This document shows, piece by piece, positions 18,743 to 28,405 of a stretch of DNA of 64,000 bases. How positions within the stretch are numbered: position 1 is the first letter of the stretch; the number at the start of each line of letters is the position of its first letter. The notes under the pieces are model-generated. The model searched no databases. It was not told where the DNA came from and was given only the letters and a program-made list of their open reading frames with translations. The stretch is taken from NCBI GenBank assembly GCA_009691405.1, contig SICN01000003.1, positions 108 through 64,107 of the forward strand. Reading direction: 5' to 3'. A program made the position numbers and the translations under genes. Source of the DNA: Candidatus Peribacteria bacterium (GTDB taxonomy: Bacteria > Patescibacteriota > Gracilibacteria > Peribacterales > Peribacteraceae).

Positions 18743-19245
18743 CTAGAGCAGCGGCAGAATCTCCACCTTCTTCGTCTTCGTATCGAGAATCGCAACCATC
18801 GCATTGTTTTCCTCTTCTTCAAACCCGTGCACGCTGCCTGGATTCACTGCAAGCGTATTGCCGACTGTTGTCACAGACGAACGGTGCGTGTGACCGGACA
18901 AGACAACGTCATACTTGCGCAGAGAATGAGTGCCTCGGTGATCGGTCGTTCGGTGCCGTGATAGCAGGCGATTTTGAGACCATCGAGCTCAAGCACGCAA
19001 AACGCCCACTTGAATTCTCCGCCGATTTCCTGAAAATTCTTCTGAATGCGGAGGACATCGCCGTCATTGTTGCCGAGAATCCCGATCACCTTCATTCCTT
19101 TCATCGCACGGATGGACGGACCGGCACAATAGTCTCCGAGATGAACGACCTGCATCACTCCACGCTCGGTGAAAATCTTCTTCGCTTTCTCGATATTCTC
19201 GAGACGTTCGTGCGTGTCGGAGAGGATACCGAGGAGCATAGGCAC
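18743..19245 (-). pseudogene. MJ0936/YfcE-family metallophosphoesterase interrupted by a single frameshift
   Basis: The N-terminal frame (18871..19245) carries the DTHE, LGDY and GNNDGD motifs. The C-terminal motifs (YDVVLSGHTHR...VNPGS...) continue in another frame down to TAG at 18743. The span is 503 nt, which is not a multiple of 3, and the shift lies near 18913-18930. Confidence 0.7.
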
Positions 19246-19246
19246 A

Positions 19247-19852
19247 CTATACCACTGTCGACAGAAAAAGTTGGTGGATTCGTCTGTCTCCCCAAACCTC
19301 GGGGTGAAATGTGCCTATGAGCACTCTCCCCTGCCGGACAAGAACGGGAACTCCGCCGTACTCAGCCAGAACATCGACAGTCTTGCCGACTCGCATGATC
19401 TTCGGTGCGCGAATGAACGACACCGGGATTTTCCCGGAAATTCCCTTTACTCGGATCTCGGCTTCAAAGCTCTGCAGTTGCGCACCGTACGCGTTGCGGT
19501 CGATCGTGATGTCGATCAAACCGAGAGTACGCGGCGCATTTTTTCCTGTTACTTTTTTCGACAACACGATTGCGCCGGCACAGGTTCCATACACGAAAAG
19601 CGGGTGCGGGGCAGAAGAACGAGACCGCGGGTCAGTAGACCCGCTCTGAATTCTTCTGATTATTTCTTTCCCCACCCCCGTCTCCTCCAGAAATTTCGCA
19701 ATCACAGTACTTTCCCCTCCGGGAATAATCAGCGCACCGACTTTGGAAAGATCTGTGAGTGAACGGACTTCGATTGCAGGGACACGCAACGAATGAAGCA
19801 CCTCGATGTGCTCGAAAAAATCACCCTGAAATGCAAGAACACCGACAACCAC
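19247..19852 (-). CDS. pdxT: Pyridoxal 5'-phosphate synthase, glutaminase subunit
   Basis: It contains VGVLAFQGDF, LIIPGGESTV, the catalytic GTCAG and FHPE. The start is a GTG. Confidence 0.85.
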   Translation of the reverse strand: MVVGVLAFQGDFFEHIEVLHSLRVPAIEVRSLTDLSKVGALIIPGGESTVIAKFLEETGVGKEIIRRIQSGSTDPRSRSSAPHPLFVYGTCAGAIVLSKKVTGKNAPRTLGLIDITIDRNAYGAQLQSFEAEIRVKGISGKIPVSFIRAPKIMRVGKTVDVLAEYGGVPVLVRQGRVLIGTFHPEVWGDRRIHQLFLSTVV

Positions 19853-19857
19853 ATAAA

Positions 19858-19905
19858 AATTCTACATTCTAAATTCTACATTCTCAATTCTTATATTCCC
19901 CTCTC
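19858..19905. repeat. 14-nt tandem repeat (ATTCTACATTCTNA, about 2.7 units) in the pdxS-pdxT spacer
   Basis: Read directly as attctacattctaaattctacattctcaattcttatattcc. It shares the ATTCTACATT core with 16037..16070 and overlaps the pdxS stop codon. Confidence 0.8.
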
Positions 19906-20766
19906 CTGCATCCTCACCTGCAATCCGGAAACCTCAAGCCCCGCCATCGCTCCCCCCAGTCCTCTGCTCACTTCGGTCACGATCTTCGGATCGTTGTAGT
20001 GCACAGTCGCCTGTACGATCGCTCTCGCCATCCGCTTCGGGTCCTTTGATTTGAAAATACCCGAACCAACAAACACTCCTTCGGCACCAAGCTCCATAAG
20101 GAGCGCGGCATCGGCGGGAGTGGCGATCCCCCCCGCTACGAACGTCACAACAGGGAGTCTCTGCGCTTTTCGCACCTGCTCAATGAGATCGAGAGGCACA
20201 CGTTCATCTCGCGCAAACGCTTTGAGCTCAGCTGCCTTCATCTGCTTGAGCGCCGCAATTTCGCCCTTAATCAATTTTAAGTGACGAACCGCCTCGACGA
20301 CGTTTCCAGTTCCTGCTTCGCCTTTTGTTCGGATCATGCACGCACCCTCGGAAATTCTTCGAAGTGCTTCTCCAAGATTCGTCGCACCGCACACAAACGG
20401 AATTTTGAACTGCTTCTTCTCGACGTGGTGAAAAGGATCTGCCGGAGTCAGCACCTCGGATTCGTCGATAAAATCTACGTTCAACACTTGAAGAATCCTC
20501 GCTTCGGCCGTATGACCGATGCGGATTTTGGCCATCACGGGAATCGAGACTGCCTTTTGAATCTCTGCGATCAATGCCGGATCACTCATGCGAGCCACCC
20601 CTCCCTGCGCACGGATATCCGACGGCACTCGCTCCAGAGCCATCACAGCACATGCTCCAGCTGCTTCAGCAATTTTTGCCTGCTTCGCTGTCACCACATC
20701 CATAATGACGCCGCCTTTGAGCATGCGTGCGAGGTCGGCGCCTGTGCTATTTGCAATGCGAAACAT
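19891..20766 (-). CDS. pdxS: Pyridoxal 5'-phosphate synthase, lyase subunit
   Basis: The protein is highly conserved PdxS sequence, with [35 protein letters not shown] and GEAGTGN. Confidence 0.92.
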   Translation of the reverse strand: MFRIANSTGADLARMLKGGVIMDVVTAKQAKIAEAAGACAVMALERVPSDIRAQGGVARMSDPALIAEIQKAVSIPVMAKIRIGHTAEARILQVLNVDFIDESEVLTPADPFHHVEKKQFKIPFVCGATNLGEALRRISEGACMIRTKGEAGTGNVVEAVRHLKLIKGEIAALKQMKAAELKAFARDERVPLDLIEQVRKAQRLPVVTFVAGGIATPADAALLMELGAEGVFVGSGIFKSKDPKRMARAIVQATVHYNDPKIVTEVSRGLGGAMAGLEVSGLQVRMQERGI

Positions 20767-21379
20767 TCAATGATGAGAGATCAGCAGCAACCCCGGCTGT
20801 CACAAATTCAGGGTCGATGCTGAGCCTACTCTCCTCAGGAAGAATCTGCCCCTGATACTTGGAAAACGGCTTCATATTGTACGGAGTCTCCGCCGGAGAA
20901 CTCATCGTTTCGAAAGCAAGTTGGCACACGCGCATCCCGGGGTACAGTGCGACCGGAAGACGATTGAGGTTGCTGATCTCAAGCGTGATCGTTCCGGAGA
21001 AACCCGGATCCACGAAGCCTGCGGTCGAATGAACGATAATACCAAGGCGACCAAGGGAACTCCTACCCTCCACACGGACGACCAAGTCGTCGGGAACCGT
21101 GATCTTCTCCTGCGTGACGCCGAGAATGAATTCTCCGGGCTGCACGATGAACGGATCGCCATCGGCAATCGTGATGATGCGCATGTTCTGAGCGAACGTC
21201 TTGGGGTTCTTCGGATCCAACACGGCATACTTGCTGTGCTCGTAGACTTTGAAGACGTTGCCGAGACGCAGGTCCATGCTGCTCGCATGAATGTAGCGGA
21301 AAAGTTCTGCCTGATCGGACTCGATCTTCACTCTGCCTGATTCGATGGCCTTCTTGATATCTCTGTCAGAAAGAATCAT
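20747..21379 (-). CDS. dcd: dCTP deaminase
   Basis: It starts MILSDRDI and contains [12 protein letters not shown] and [17 protein letters not shown]. Confidence 0.9.
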   Translation of the reverse strand: MILSDRDIKKAIESGRVKIESDQAELFRYIHASSMDLRLGNVFKVYEHSKYAVLDPKNPKTFAQNMRIITIADGDPFIVQPGEFILGVTQEKITVPDDLVVRVEGRSSLGRLGIIVHSTAGFVDPGFSGTITLEISNLNRLPVALYPGMRVCQLAFETMSSPAETPYNMKPFSKYQGQILPEESRLSIDPEFVTAGVAADLSSLNVSHCK

Positions 21380-21433
21380 AGGTTCCTACAGTAGAGAGGA
21401 AAGACACGAAGCGTCAACCGCCTTGACTCATCC

Positions 21434-23239
21434 GTGAGTTCAATGAAAAACAGGCATCACGAAGATGCAAAAGAAGATATACTCCTGACCCCCATGGCAT
21501 CTTTCGATCGGTCAGAATCGGCTGCAGTTCTGGAACGCAACGAAAGCAAGGACGGAACGCAATCCAGAGAGACTGTGAGGCAGATCACAAGCCAGGTGCG
21601 CAGGCACACGCGCATCACGTTCGACGAGATTGGCGCGGCATCGAGAGAAGAGAATGCCGAGCTCCTTCGGGGCATCCGAGAACTGGAGTCAAACCCCGAC
21701 AAAATCGACCAATGGGAAGGGTTCATCGAATGGTCCGAGAAAGCGATCGAATCGGCAAAGAAAGTATTCGCAACACTCAAAGAACAGATATCGAAGGCTG
21801 CCGACAACGAATGGATTTCGAAAGGATCGCAGGACGCATGGATCGAACGCTTCAAAGATCCCTCGACCGGCTACAAACAGAAGGAATACTGGGTGATGCA
21901 CCAGATGCCGCACTACATCGAGTCGTGGCACAAAGTGGCGGACAAGCGCAAAAAAATCCTGAGTAGTGAGGGCTATCGGGAACTTGTGAGCTATGACGCA
22001 AGCTTCGCCGTCATCGGCAACAAGGAGGAATTTTTGAAGCTGCATTTCGAGAAACGAAAAGACTTGATCGCATCAGCCGAAGCCGCACTGCTCGCCGGAA
22101 GCAAGATGCAGCTCGATCTCTACGATCAGGCGAAGACGAAACTGGGGCAAGCAGCTTCCCTTGGAATCCTCAGCTCGACGAAAGTAGGTCAATGGCTGGA
22201 GCACATTTTCAAGAGCAAAGCCGAAGCAAAAAAAGTCTCGGCATTCATTCACGGAACTGCAAGCAATTCTCTGGGATCACTGATGAAAAACTGGGAAAAC
22301 GTGAAAAGACGATACGACAGTGTTGCAAAGAAATTCCACTCTCAAGGGAGTGAGCAACTGCCACGTGGCATCCACCTCGTGAGCGAATCGCAGTTCCTTG
22401 CGATGCACTACTCCTCACGCTTGCACTATGTGGAGGAGATGGAGAAAAGACTTCTGCACGGCTCGGATCTGAGCAAAGAACCTGCATCCTTCATCAAAAT
22501 CCGCCACGCGATCGATACCAAAGACTGGGTGGAAGCAGCGATGCTCATTGAAAAAACCAAAAAAGAATCCTTGCAGCAATCCGACCGCTTGAGACTCGAC
22601 TCCATGCATCGATACGTGAAGCAGTTCACGAAGCGAAGTGAGGAGTCCTCATCGGGTCTGGAACAAGCAGTGCAAGCAAAGAACAAAATCGACGAGCTGA
22701 TCCATCAGGTTCCGAGTTCGATGCAACCGGTCGTGCTCCGCCTTCTCAAGAGTCCCAATGGAAACCGCTCCATCAACCAGTTCCGCTGGATCGTCTACAA
22801 CAACAAATGGTGTCGCGAGCACGGCTACCTGAACGACGAAGTCGCGAGAAGGGGGGCAAATAAAAATAACGAAGAACTCACGAAGTACAGGGCAGAGAAA
22901 GGCATGGATCTCGGTCGACATGACGTACTCGGCTACGAGACTGCTGACAAACAGTACTTCCAAAAAGAGGAATACTCGAAACACAAAGCCACGTACATTC
23001 ATGCAAACGTGAAGAGTGGAGGCGTGCAACAAGCACTCGGGCAGTGGTTGGAGCGGGAACAGGATCCAAAGACGCTCTACTGGACAACGCTCAGCTGCCA
23101 TGAAGACGGTGACCCAAAGGGAGAAATCTGGCACAGCGATCTCTTCCATGTCCTCACCGAAATGCGATCTGCAACACGAACGATCCAGACGGCAGGTCTG
23201 ATGTACCATTCACCGAATGAAAATCTTCTCGCCGCCTAA
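21434..23239 (+). CDS. Hypothetical protein, about 600 aa, predicted all-alpha and charged
   Basis: It is a long ORF with no competing same-locus gene and coding-like composition. I saw no TM segment, signal peptide or recognisable motif. The start is GTG 21434 or ATG 21443. Confidence 0.55.
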   Translation: MSSMKNRHHEDAKEDILLTPMASFDRSESAAVLERNESKDGTQSRETVRQITSQVRRHTRITFDEIGAASREENAELLRGIRELESNPDKIDQWEGFIEWSEKAIESAKKVFATLKEQISKAADNEWISKGSQDAWIERFKDPSTGYKQKEYWVMHQMPHYIESWHKVADKRKKILSSEGYRELVSYDASFAVIGNKEEFLKLHFEKRKDLIASAEAALLAGSKMQLDLYDQAKTKLGQAASLGILSSTKVGQWLEHIFKSKAEAKKVSAFIHGTASNSLGSLMKNWENVKRRYDSVAKKFHSQGSEQLPRGIHLVSESQFLAMHYSSRLHYVEEMEKRLLHGSDLSKEPASFIKIRHAIDTKDWVEAAMLIEKTKKESLQQSDRLRLDSMHRYVKQFTKRSEESSSGLEQAVQAKNKIDELIHQVPSSMQPVVLRLLKSPNGNRSINQFRWIVYNNKWCREHGYLNDEVARRGANKNNEELTKYRAEKGMDLGRHDVLGYETADKQYFQKEEYSKHKATYIHANVKSGGVQQALGQWLEREQDPKTLYWTTLSCHEDGDPKGEIWHSDLFHVLTEMRSATRTIQTAGLMYHSPNENLLAA

Positions 23240-23285
23240 AAAATACCTTGCGAAAAGGGCTGATTATCATAAGAATGGCGTCACT

Positions 23286-23870
23286 ATGCGCTTTACATCA
23301 CTCGTTTTCGCTATCGGCATCTGTCTCACTCTCGGTGCCTGCACTCAAAACGGCTCACGAACATCCATCAACCAACAAAACAAGAACCCGCTCACGGCAT
23401 CACGCTATGGCGACGAACTTGCGGACGCAATGGCGAACCTCGTCATTCAAGATGATCCTGCAGCGAAGGATCCAGCGCTCCGGAACATCATCGATGCGGA
23501 GATTGCACGTGGAAAAAAACTCGGCATCGATGCGCGTGCCGTTCAAGCTGAGGGAATGAAAGGCTTTCTCATCCCGCTCAAAGAGGAAGCCCAAGGAAAC
23601 GTTCTCTACGTCGACGACTCTCTCTATCTTTCCTCGGACTTCATCACGAAACCCGGACCAGATCTGCACGCCTTCATGACGACCGCTGTCGATCCCAGAG
23701 ACACCGTATTCCCCGATAAGACCGCACTGGATCTGGGAACCGTGCAGAGTGTGTACGGCGCACAAATCTACGCGGTACCGGCACAAGACAACCCAGCACT
23801 CTACCGAACGTTTATCCTGTTCGACGTGAAACTGAAGCGCATCTACAGTTTCGCACAGCTGAGCAAATAA
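23286..23870 (+). CDS. Putative lipoprotein, C-terminal region possibly DM13-like
   Basis: The signal peptide has a lipobox (FAIGICLTLGAC). The C-terminal stretch (GPDLHAFMT...LDLGTVQSVYGAQIYAVP) is reminiscent of DM13 domains, but this is weak. Confidence 0.55.
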   Translation: MRFTSLVFAIGICLTLGACTQNGSRTSINQQNKNPLTASRYGDELADAMANLVIQDDPAAKDPALRNIIDAEIARGKKLGIDARAVQAEGMKGFLIPLKEEAQGNVLYVDDSLYLSSDFITKPGPDLHAFMTTAVDPRDTVFPDKTALDLGTVQSVYGAQIYAVPAQDNPALYRTFILFDVKLKRIYSFAQLSK

Positions 23871-23878
23871 CGAACCGC

Positions 23879-23901
23879 AGCTGAAACGTCGCGTTTCAGC
23901 T
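23879..23901. terminator. Perfect 10-bp hairpin between convergent genes (candidate bidirectional terminator)
   Basis: The sequence is agctgaaacg-tcg-cgtttcagct. No strong U-tract is present. Confidence 0.5.
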
Positions 23902-23917
23902 CCGAGAATCGGATGTT

Positions 23918-24520
23918 CTACAATGGCGCACTCTCCGCCTTCGCAAGCTCCTGATCGATCGCCGCACTGATTGCCTCGAGGCTGCTCTGTACACGCTGTC
24001 CGTTGACAAAGTAGGACGGTGTTCCCTGTACATCCATCACCTCACCTTCTTCGGCATCGGACATCACCGCGTCACCTTTGATCTCGGAACGAATGCAACG
24101 ATCGTAGAGATCTGCATCGAGACCGAGTGCGGTGCCCCACGAACGGAGCGCCTCGGAGGAAAGATCTTTCTGATTGGCATAATTCAACTCCACGAATTCC
24201 CAGAACTTCCCTTGATCAGCCGCACACTCCGATGCAAGCGCTGCTTCGTAAGCGTACGGATGAATCGCCCGGAGAGGAAAATGCTTGAATGCAAAGCGAA
24301 CGTTGGCTGCATATTTCTCCTCGAGAGGCTTATTGATGAGCGTGTACGCCGAAGCGCACGCGGGGCACTGGAAATCGGCATACTCGGTGACGGTGACGCT
24401 GGACGTATCGGGTCCCAATACGGGTTTTGCCGATGTCTCGCTCAATCCCGTGGTATCGACACCGCACGCAGAGAGCACAACACAGAGGAAGAGAGCAAAA
24501 GCGGAGCGAGGCACTGTCAT
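23918..24520 (-). CDS. DsbA-family thiol:disulfide oxidoreductase, lipoprotein
   Basis: The thioredoxin-fold active site is FQCPAC, within EYADFQCPACASAY. The signal peptide has a lipobox (VVLSAC). I chose the ATG at 24520. Confidence 0.75.
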   Translation of the reverse strand: MTVPRSAFALFLCVVLSACGVDTTGLSETSAKPVLGPDTSSVTVTEYADFQCPACASAYTLINKPLEEKYAANVRFAFKHFPLRAIHPYAYEAALASECAADQGKFWEFVELNYANQKDLSSEALRSWGTALGLDADLYDRCIRSEIKGDAVMSDAEEGEVMDVQGTPSYFVNGQRVQSSLEAISAAIDQELAKAESAPL

Positions 24521-24586
24521 AGGGAAGAGGTGAGAAAGTAACCCGAGTATAGCACGCTCCCATTCTGGTATACTCACCTCCTCTCT

Positions 24587-26059
24587 ATGGCTCTCTATCT
24601 TAAGTACCGGCCACAAACCTTCGCAGACGTCGTCGGACAGGATCATATCGTCACAACGCTGGAGCAATCCGTCGAGAGAGGACGCATCTCTCATGCCTAC
24701 CTATTCTGCGGAACGCGCGGGACCGGCAAGACTTCCGTTGCGCGCATCCTCGCGAAGACGATCCTGCTCCGAGGAATGGAAGACGCGACCATCCGTGCGC
24801 AATCGACGAAAGGCATCGAAGAAGGATCCTTTGTTGACCTCATCGAGATCGATGCTGCAAGCAACAACGGCGTCGATAACATCCGCGATCTGATCGAGAA
24901 AATCCAATTCACTCCTGTTGTTTCGAAAGCGAAAGTCTACATCATCGACGAAGTACACATGCTCTCGAAGGGAGCGTTCAACGCGCTGCTGAAAACTCTC
25001 GAAGAACCGCCGGAATACGTGTACTTCATTCTTGCTACGACAGAGACTCATAAGGTGCCTGATACGATTCAATCGCGCTGCCAACGATTCCTGTTCAAGA
25101 AGGTAAAAGACGACGATATCATCCGAAGACTCCAGTACATCGTCGATCAAGAGAGGATCGTCACCGATCGCGAAGCTCTGCGAGCCATCGCGCGTCACGC
25201 ACTTGGCAGCTTCCGTGACGGAATCGCGCTTTTGGATCAGCTTCGATCCCTCGAAAAAATCGGACTCAATGACGTCACCGATCGCATCGGCAAGACATCG
25301 ACTCTGTTCATCGATGATATTGTCGCCGCCCTTCTCAACCGAAAACCGGAGCAGATCAAAGAAGTGATTGCAGAGATCGAAGAATCGAATGTTCCGATCG
25401 ACTTGATCACCTCCGATCTCCTTGCGCTGGTTCGGTCACACCTGCACGAAGCGATTGCGAAGAAGGAGGATCCCTCGAGCTACCTGCACATGACGGATGT
25501 CCTGCTCCTCGCCATGAAGAATATCCGCCTCTCTCCGCTCCCCGCTCTGGTGCTTGAATCCGCTCTCATCGGTTTCTGCATGGAAACGGAGGGAGAGGAG
25601 AAATCGCACAAGAAATCAACGGTCTACCAAAGCGCGAAGCTGAAGATGCCGACAACGGAGGTCGATGCTCCTGCGAACATCAGCACTTCTGTCGAGTTCG
25701 ACTCACCACCCCCGAAACATGCTCTCGTCGAAGCGGAAGATCTTACGATCCAAAACGTTCTCCGCCATTGGCAGGAACTCTTGAAGGAAGTCACCCCTGC
25801 CTCCGTGCGCATGAGCCTGAAGGACGGCAGCGTCTCAAAAGTGACGGGCGAAATCCTAGAACTGTCATTCCCTTCTTCTTTCCACAGAGATCGCGTGTCG
25901 GAAACACATGCAAGTCGTACCATCGAAGACATTCTCCTCGGCATCTTCAAAAAACCCGTGCGCTTGAAGTGCATCCTCGACAAAGATTCGAAACCGACAT
26001 TTGCAGGACCGGCAACCGACCTCGTGGAAGCTGCGGCAGAAGTGTTCGGAAATACTTGA
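24587..26059 (+). CDS. dnaX: DNA polymerase III subunit gamma/tau
   Basis: It contains YRPQTF.DVVGQ, the Walker A GTRGTGKTS, the DEVHML box and SRCQRF. Confidence 0.9.
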   Translation: MALYLKYRPQTFADVVGQDHIVTTLEQSVERGRISHAYLFCGTRGTGKTSVARILAKTILLRGMEDATIRAQSTKGIEEGSFVDLIEIDAASNNGVDNIRDLIEKIQFTPVVSKAKVYIIDEVHMLSKGAFNALLKTLEEPPEYVYFILATTETHKVPDTIQSRCQRFLFKKVKDDDIIRRLQYIVDQERIVTDREALRAIARHALGSFRDGIALLDQLRSLEKIGLNDVTDRIGKTSTLFIDDIVAALLNRKPEQIKEVIAEIEESNVPIDLITSDLLALVRSHLHEAIAKKEDPSSYLHMTDVLLLAMKNIRLSPLPALVLESALIGFCMETEGEEKSHKKSTVYQSAKLKMPTTEVDAPANISTSVEFDSPPPKHALVEAEDLTIQNVLRHWQELLKEVTPASVRMSLKDGSVSKVTGEILELSFPSSFHRDRVSETHASRTIEDILLGIFKKPVRLKCILDKDSKPTFAGPATDLVEAAAEVFGNT

Positions 26060-26067
26060 TTCTACGA

Positions 26068-26634
26068 ATGCAAGAAAAAATCGAGCTTCGGCGCGCCATC
26101 AAAGAGCGTCTGACACGCATGAGCGAGAATGATCGCCGCGTCGAGAGCCAGATCATTGTGCGTGAACTCCGGAAAATGCTTCCGGAGTCCATGACAACCA
26201 TCGCCGTCTACTTCCCGTACCTCGACGAACCGGATATCCAGTCGCTGGTCGCAGAACTGCTGGAGCAAAAAAACGTGATCTGTCTGCCGAAAGCCGAGAT
26301 GCATGGCATGACCATGCATCGAATACGATCCCTTGATGATGTCCAAAAAAATCCGGTAACCGGAATCTTCGAGCCAATCGAGCCGGCACCTCTCGATGAA
26401 ACAACCATCGCAATCGTCATCATCCCCGGACGTGCGTTCTTGCGCACGGGGGAACGCCTTGGTCGTGGAAACGGCGGCTATGACCGTTGGATCAGTGACC
26501 AACGGAAACGAAATCCGGAGACACGTTTCATCGGGGTGTGCTTCGACTGCCAGATCGTGCAGGAGATGCCGACGGAACAGCACGATGAGAAAGTGGATGT
26601 TGTTCTCAGCGCAACGGAGTTCAAGAAAGCCTAG
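26068..26634 (+). CDS. 5-formyltetrahydrofolate cyclo-ligase
   Basis: At 188 aa it has the K.LR...K..R opening and the C-terminal GRG.GYYDR-like motif (LGRGNGGYDRW) with D.HDEKVD. Confidence 0.8.
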   Translation: MQEKIELRRAIKERLTRMSENDRRVESQIIVRELRKMLPESMTTIAVYFPYLDEPDIQSLVAELLEQKNVICLPKAEMHGMTMHRIRSLDDVQKNPVTGIFEPIEPAPLDETTIAIVIIPGRAFLRTGERLGRGNGGYDRWISDQRKRNPETRFIGVCFDCQIVQEMPTEQHDEKVDVVLSATEFKKA

Positions 26635-26641
26635 AAAAATA

Positions 26642-26712
26642 CCGTAGCGGAAGTTCGTAACTTTCGCAGAAGATACCTGCCTGCCGGTAGGCGGGTGGAT
26701 CTTCCGCTACGG
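26642..26712. repeat. REP/MITE-like element with 12-bp terminal inverted repeats, copy A
   Basis: The termini ccgtagcggaag and cttccgctacgg are perfectly complementary. Both ends are shared with copy B at 53943..54021, but the interior differs. Confidence 0.75.
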
Positions 26713-26736
26713 CTCATTCATGGGTATGCTCCACTC

Positions 26737-28002
26737 ATGCCCACCTACACCTCACTCCAAACTGCTGATCCGGATGTGTACCGCGCCGTGATGGGTGAAA
26801 TGAAGAGACAGAAGGAAGGAGTGGAACTGATCGCATCGGAGAACTACATCTCGCCAGCCGTCCTCGAAACGATGGCAACCGTCTTCAATAACAAATATTC
26901 GGAAGGGTATCCGGGCAGACGCTACTACGGCGGACAGGAGTTCACAGATGCTGTCGAAAGACTGGCAATCGAACGCGCCAAGCAGCTTTTCGACTGCGAT
27001 CATGCCAACGTGCAGCCGCACGCCGGAGCCCCTGCGAATGTCGCGATGTACTTCGCACTCCTCGAGCCTGGCGACACCGTGATGGGAATGGACTTGAGTC
27101 ACGGCGGACATCTGACGCACGGGCACCCCGTCACGTACCTTACGAAGATTTTCAAATTCGTGCGCTACAAAATGGGGAATATCGAAACCGGCGAGATCGA
27201 TTACGACGACATGCGAAAAGTCGCACTGACAGAGAAGCCGAAAATCATCCTCGCAGGGTTCTCCGCTTATCCGAGAGAACTGAATTATGCGAAAATGAAG
27301 GCGATCGCGGACGAGGTCGGTGCCGTCACCGTTGCCGATATGGCGCACATCGCAGGGTTGATCGCAGGCAAAGCACTCAGGAATCCATTCCATGACGGTT
27401 TTGACGTCATCACAACAACCACGCATAAGACGCTACGAGGACCGAGAGGCGGTATGATCCTCTCCCGCACGGAAGAGATGGGGAAGAAGATCGACAAGTC
27501 GGTGTTTCCAGGTTTCCAAGGCGGTCCCATCATGCAGATGGTTGCCGCAAAAGCCGTCGCATTCGGCGAGGCGCTCAAGCCGGAATTTCAGCAGTACGCA
27601 AAGCAAGTGATTGCAAACTCGAAACATCTTGCGAAATTTTTCATGGACAGAGGCGTCAAGCTCGTGACGAACGGCACGGATAACCACCTGATGCTCATCG
27701 ATTGCGTGAAGTCTTGGGGAATAGGTGGTGGCGATGTGGAGACGCTCCTCGACAGCATCGGCATTACTCTGAACAAGAATATGATCGCCAATGACACAAG
27801 AAAGCCAATGGATCCGTCGGGTGTTCGTCTCGGAACCCCGGCAATCACCACGCGCGGCATGAAAGAGAAGGACATGGAAATTCTTGGCGCGTTCATGCTG
27901 ACAGCCATACAGAACAGATCGGATGCTGCAGCCGTGAAAAAACTTCATGAAGAAGTGAAAGTATTCTGTCTCCGTTTCCCTGTCCCGGGCATCGCCGTCT
28001 AA
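26737..28002 (+). CDS. glyA: Serine hydroxymethyltransferase
   Basis: It contains LIASENY, GYPG.RYYGG, HGGHLTHG and the PLP-lysine region TTTTHKTLRGPRGG. Confidence 0.95.
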   Translation: MPTYTSLQTADPDVYRAVMGEMKRQKEGVELIASENYISPAVLETMATVFNNKYSEGYPGRRYYGGQEFTDAVERLAIERAKQLFDCDHANVQPHAGAPANVAMYFALLEPGDTVMGMDLSHGGHLTHGHPVTYLTKIFKFVRYKMGNIETGEIDYDDMRKVALTEKPKIILAGFSAYPRELNYAKMKAIADEVGAVTVADMAHIAGLIAGKALRNPFHDGFDVITTTTHKTLRGPRGGMILSRTEEMGKKIDKSVFPGFQGGPIMQMVAAKAVAFGEALKPEFQQYAKQVIANSKHLAKFFMDRGVKLVTNGTDNHLMLIDCVKSWGIGGGDVETLLDSIGITLNKNMIANDTRKPMDPSGVRLGTPAITTRGMKEKDMEILGAFMLTAIQNRSDAAAVKKLHEEVKVFCLRFPVPGIAV

Positions 28003-28012
28003 CCACCCTCCC

Positions 28013-28405
28013 ATGAAAAAGTCACTAGTGAGTCTCAGTCATGCGATCCACGGACTGACGCATGCCATCAAGACCGAGAGAAATCTTCGATTCTTCGTCA
28101 TCGGTCATCTTGTGCTCCTACTCCTTGCGCTCGCCCTCAAGGTAGATCTTTTCTCGATGCTTGCCTCAACATTCGCTGCAGGACTCTTCGTCACCGTCGA
28201 GCTCCTCAATACCGCCATTGAGCGCCTTGCCGACACAGTGGATGACTGCGAGAAGAAGAGGAATGCAGGTCATTACCATCACGGCATCAAGCTGACAAAA
28301 GACGTGGGATCGGCCGCTTCTCTTATCATGCTGATACTCTATGTCTGCTGCATCGCGCTGATCGCAGTCCCCTACACCCTCTACTTCCTCTCGGGTCAGG
28401 CGTGA
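28013..28405 (+). CDS. dgkA: Diacylglycerol/undecaprenol kinase (prokaryotic DAGK family)
   Basis: It is 130 aa with 3 TM helices and the ELLNTAIE..D signature. Confidence 0.8.
   Translation: MKKSLVSLSHAIHGLTHAIKTERNLRFFVIGHLVLLLLALALKVDLFSMLASTFAAGLFVTVELLNTAIERLADTVDDCEKKRNAGHYHHGIKLTKDVGSAASLIMLILYVCCIALIAVPYTLYFLSGQA

Noticed and set aside
16037-19905. Whether the short tandem repeats could be a degenerate CRISPR array.
   Set aside because: The repeats have a 14-nt period and are directly abutting, with no spacers. There are only 2-3 units per site, and no cas genes are in the window.
26635-26736. A possible folate-related riboswitch (ZTP/pfl or THF) in the structured spacer upstream of glyA.
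   Set aside because: I could not find the conserved ZTP or THF core sequences. The same terminal sequences recur at 53943..54021, upstream of an unrelated TPR gene, with a different interior. This fits a repeat element rather than a ligand-binding RNA.
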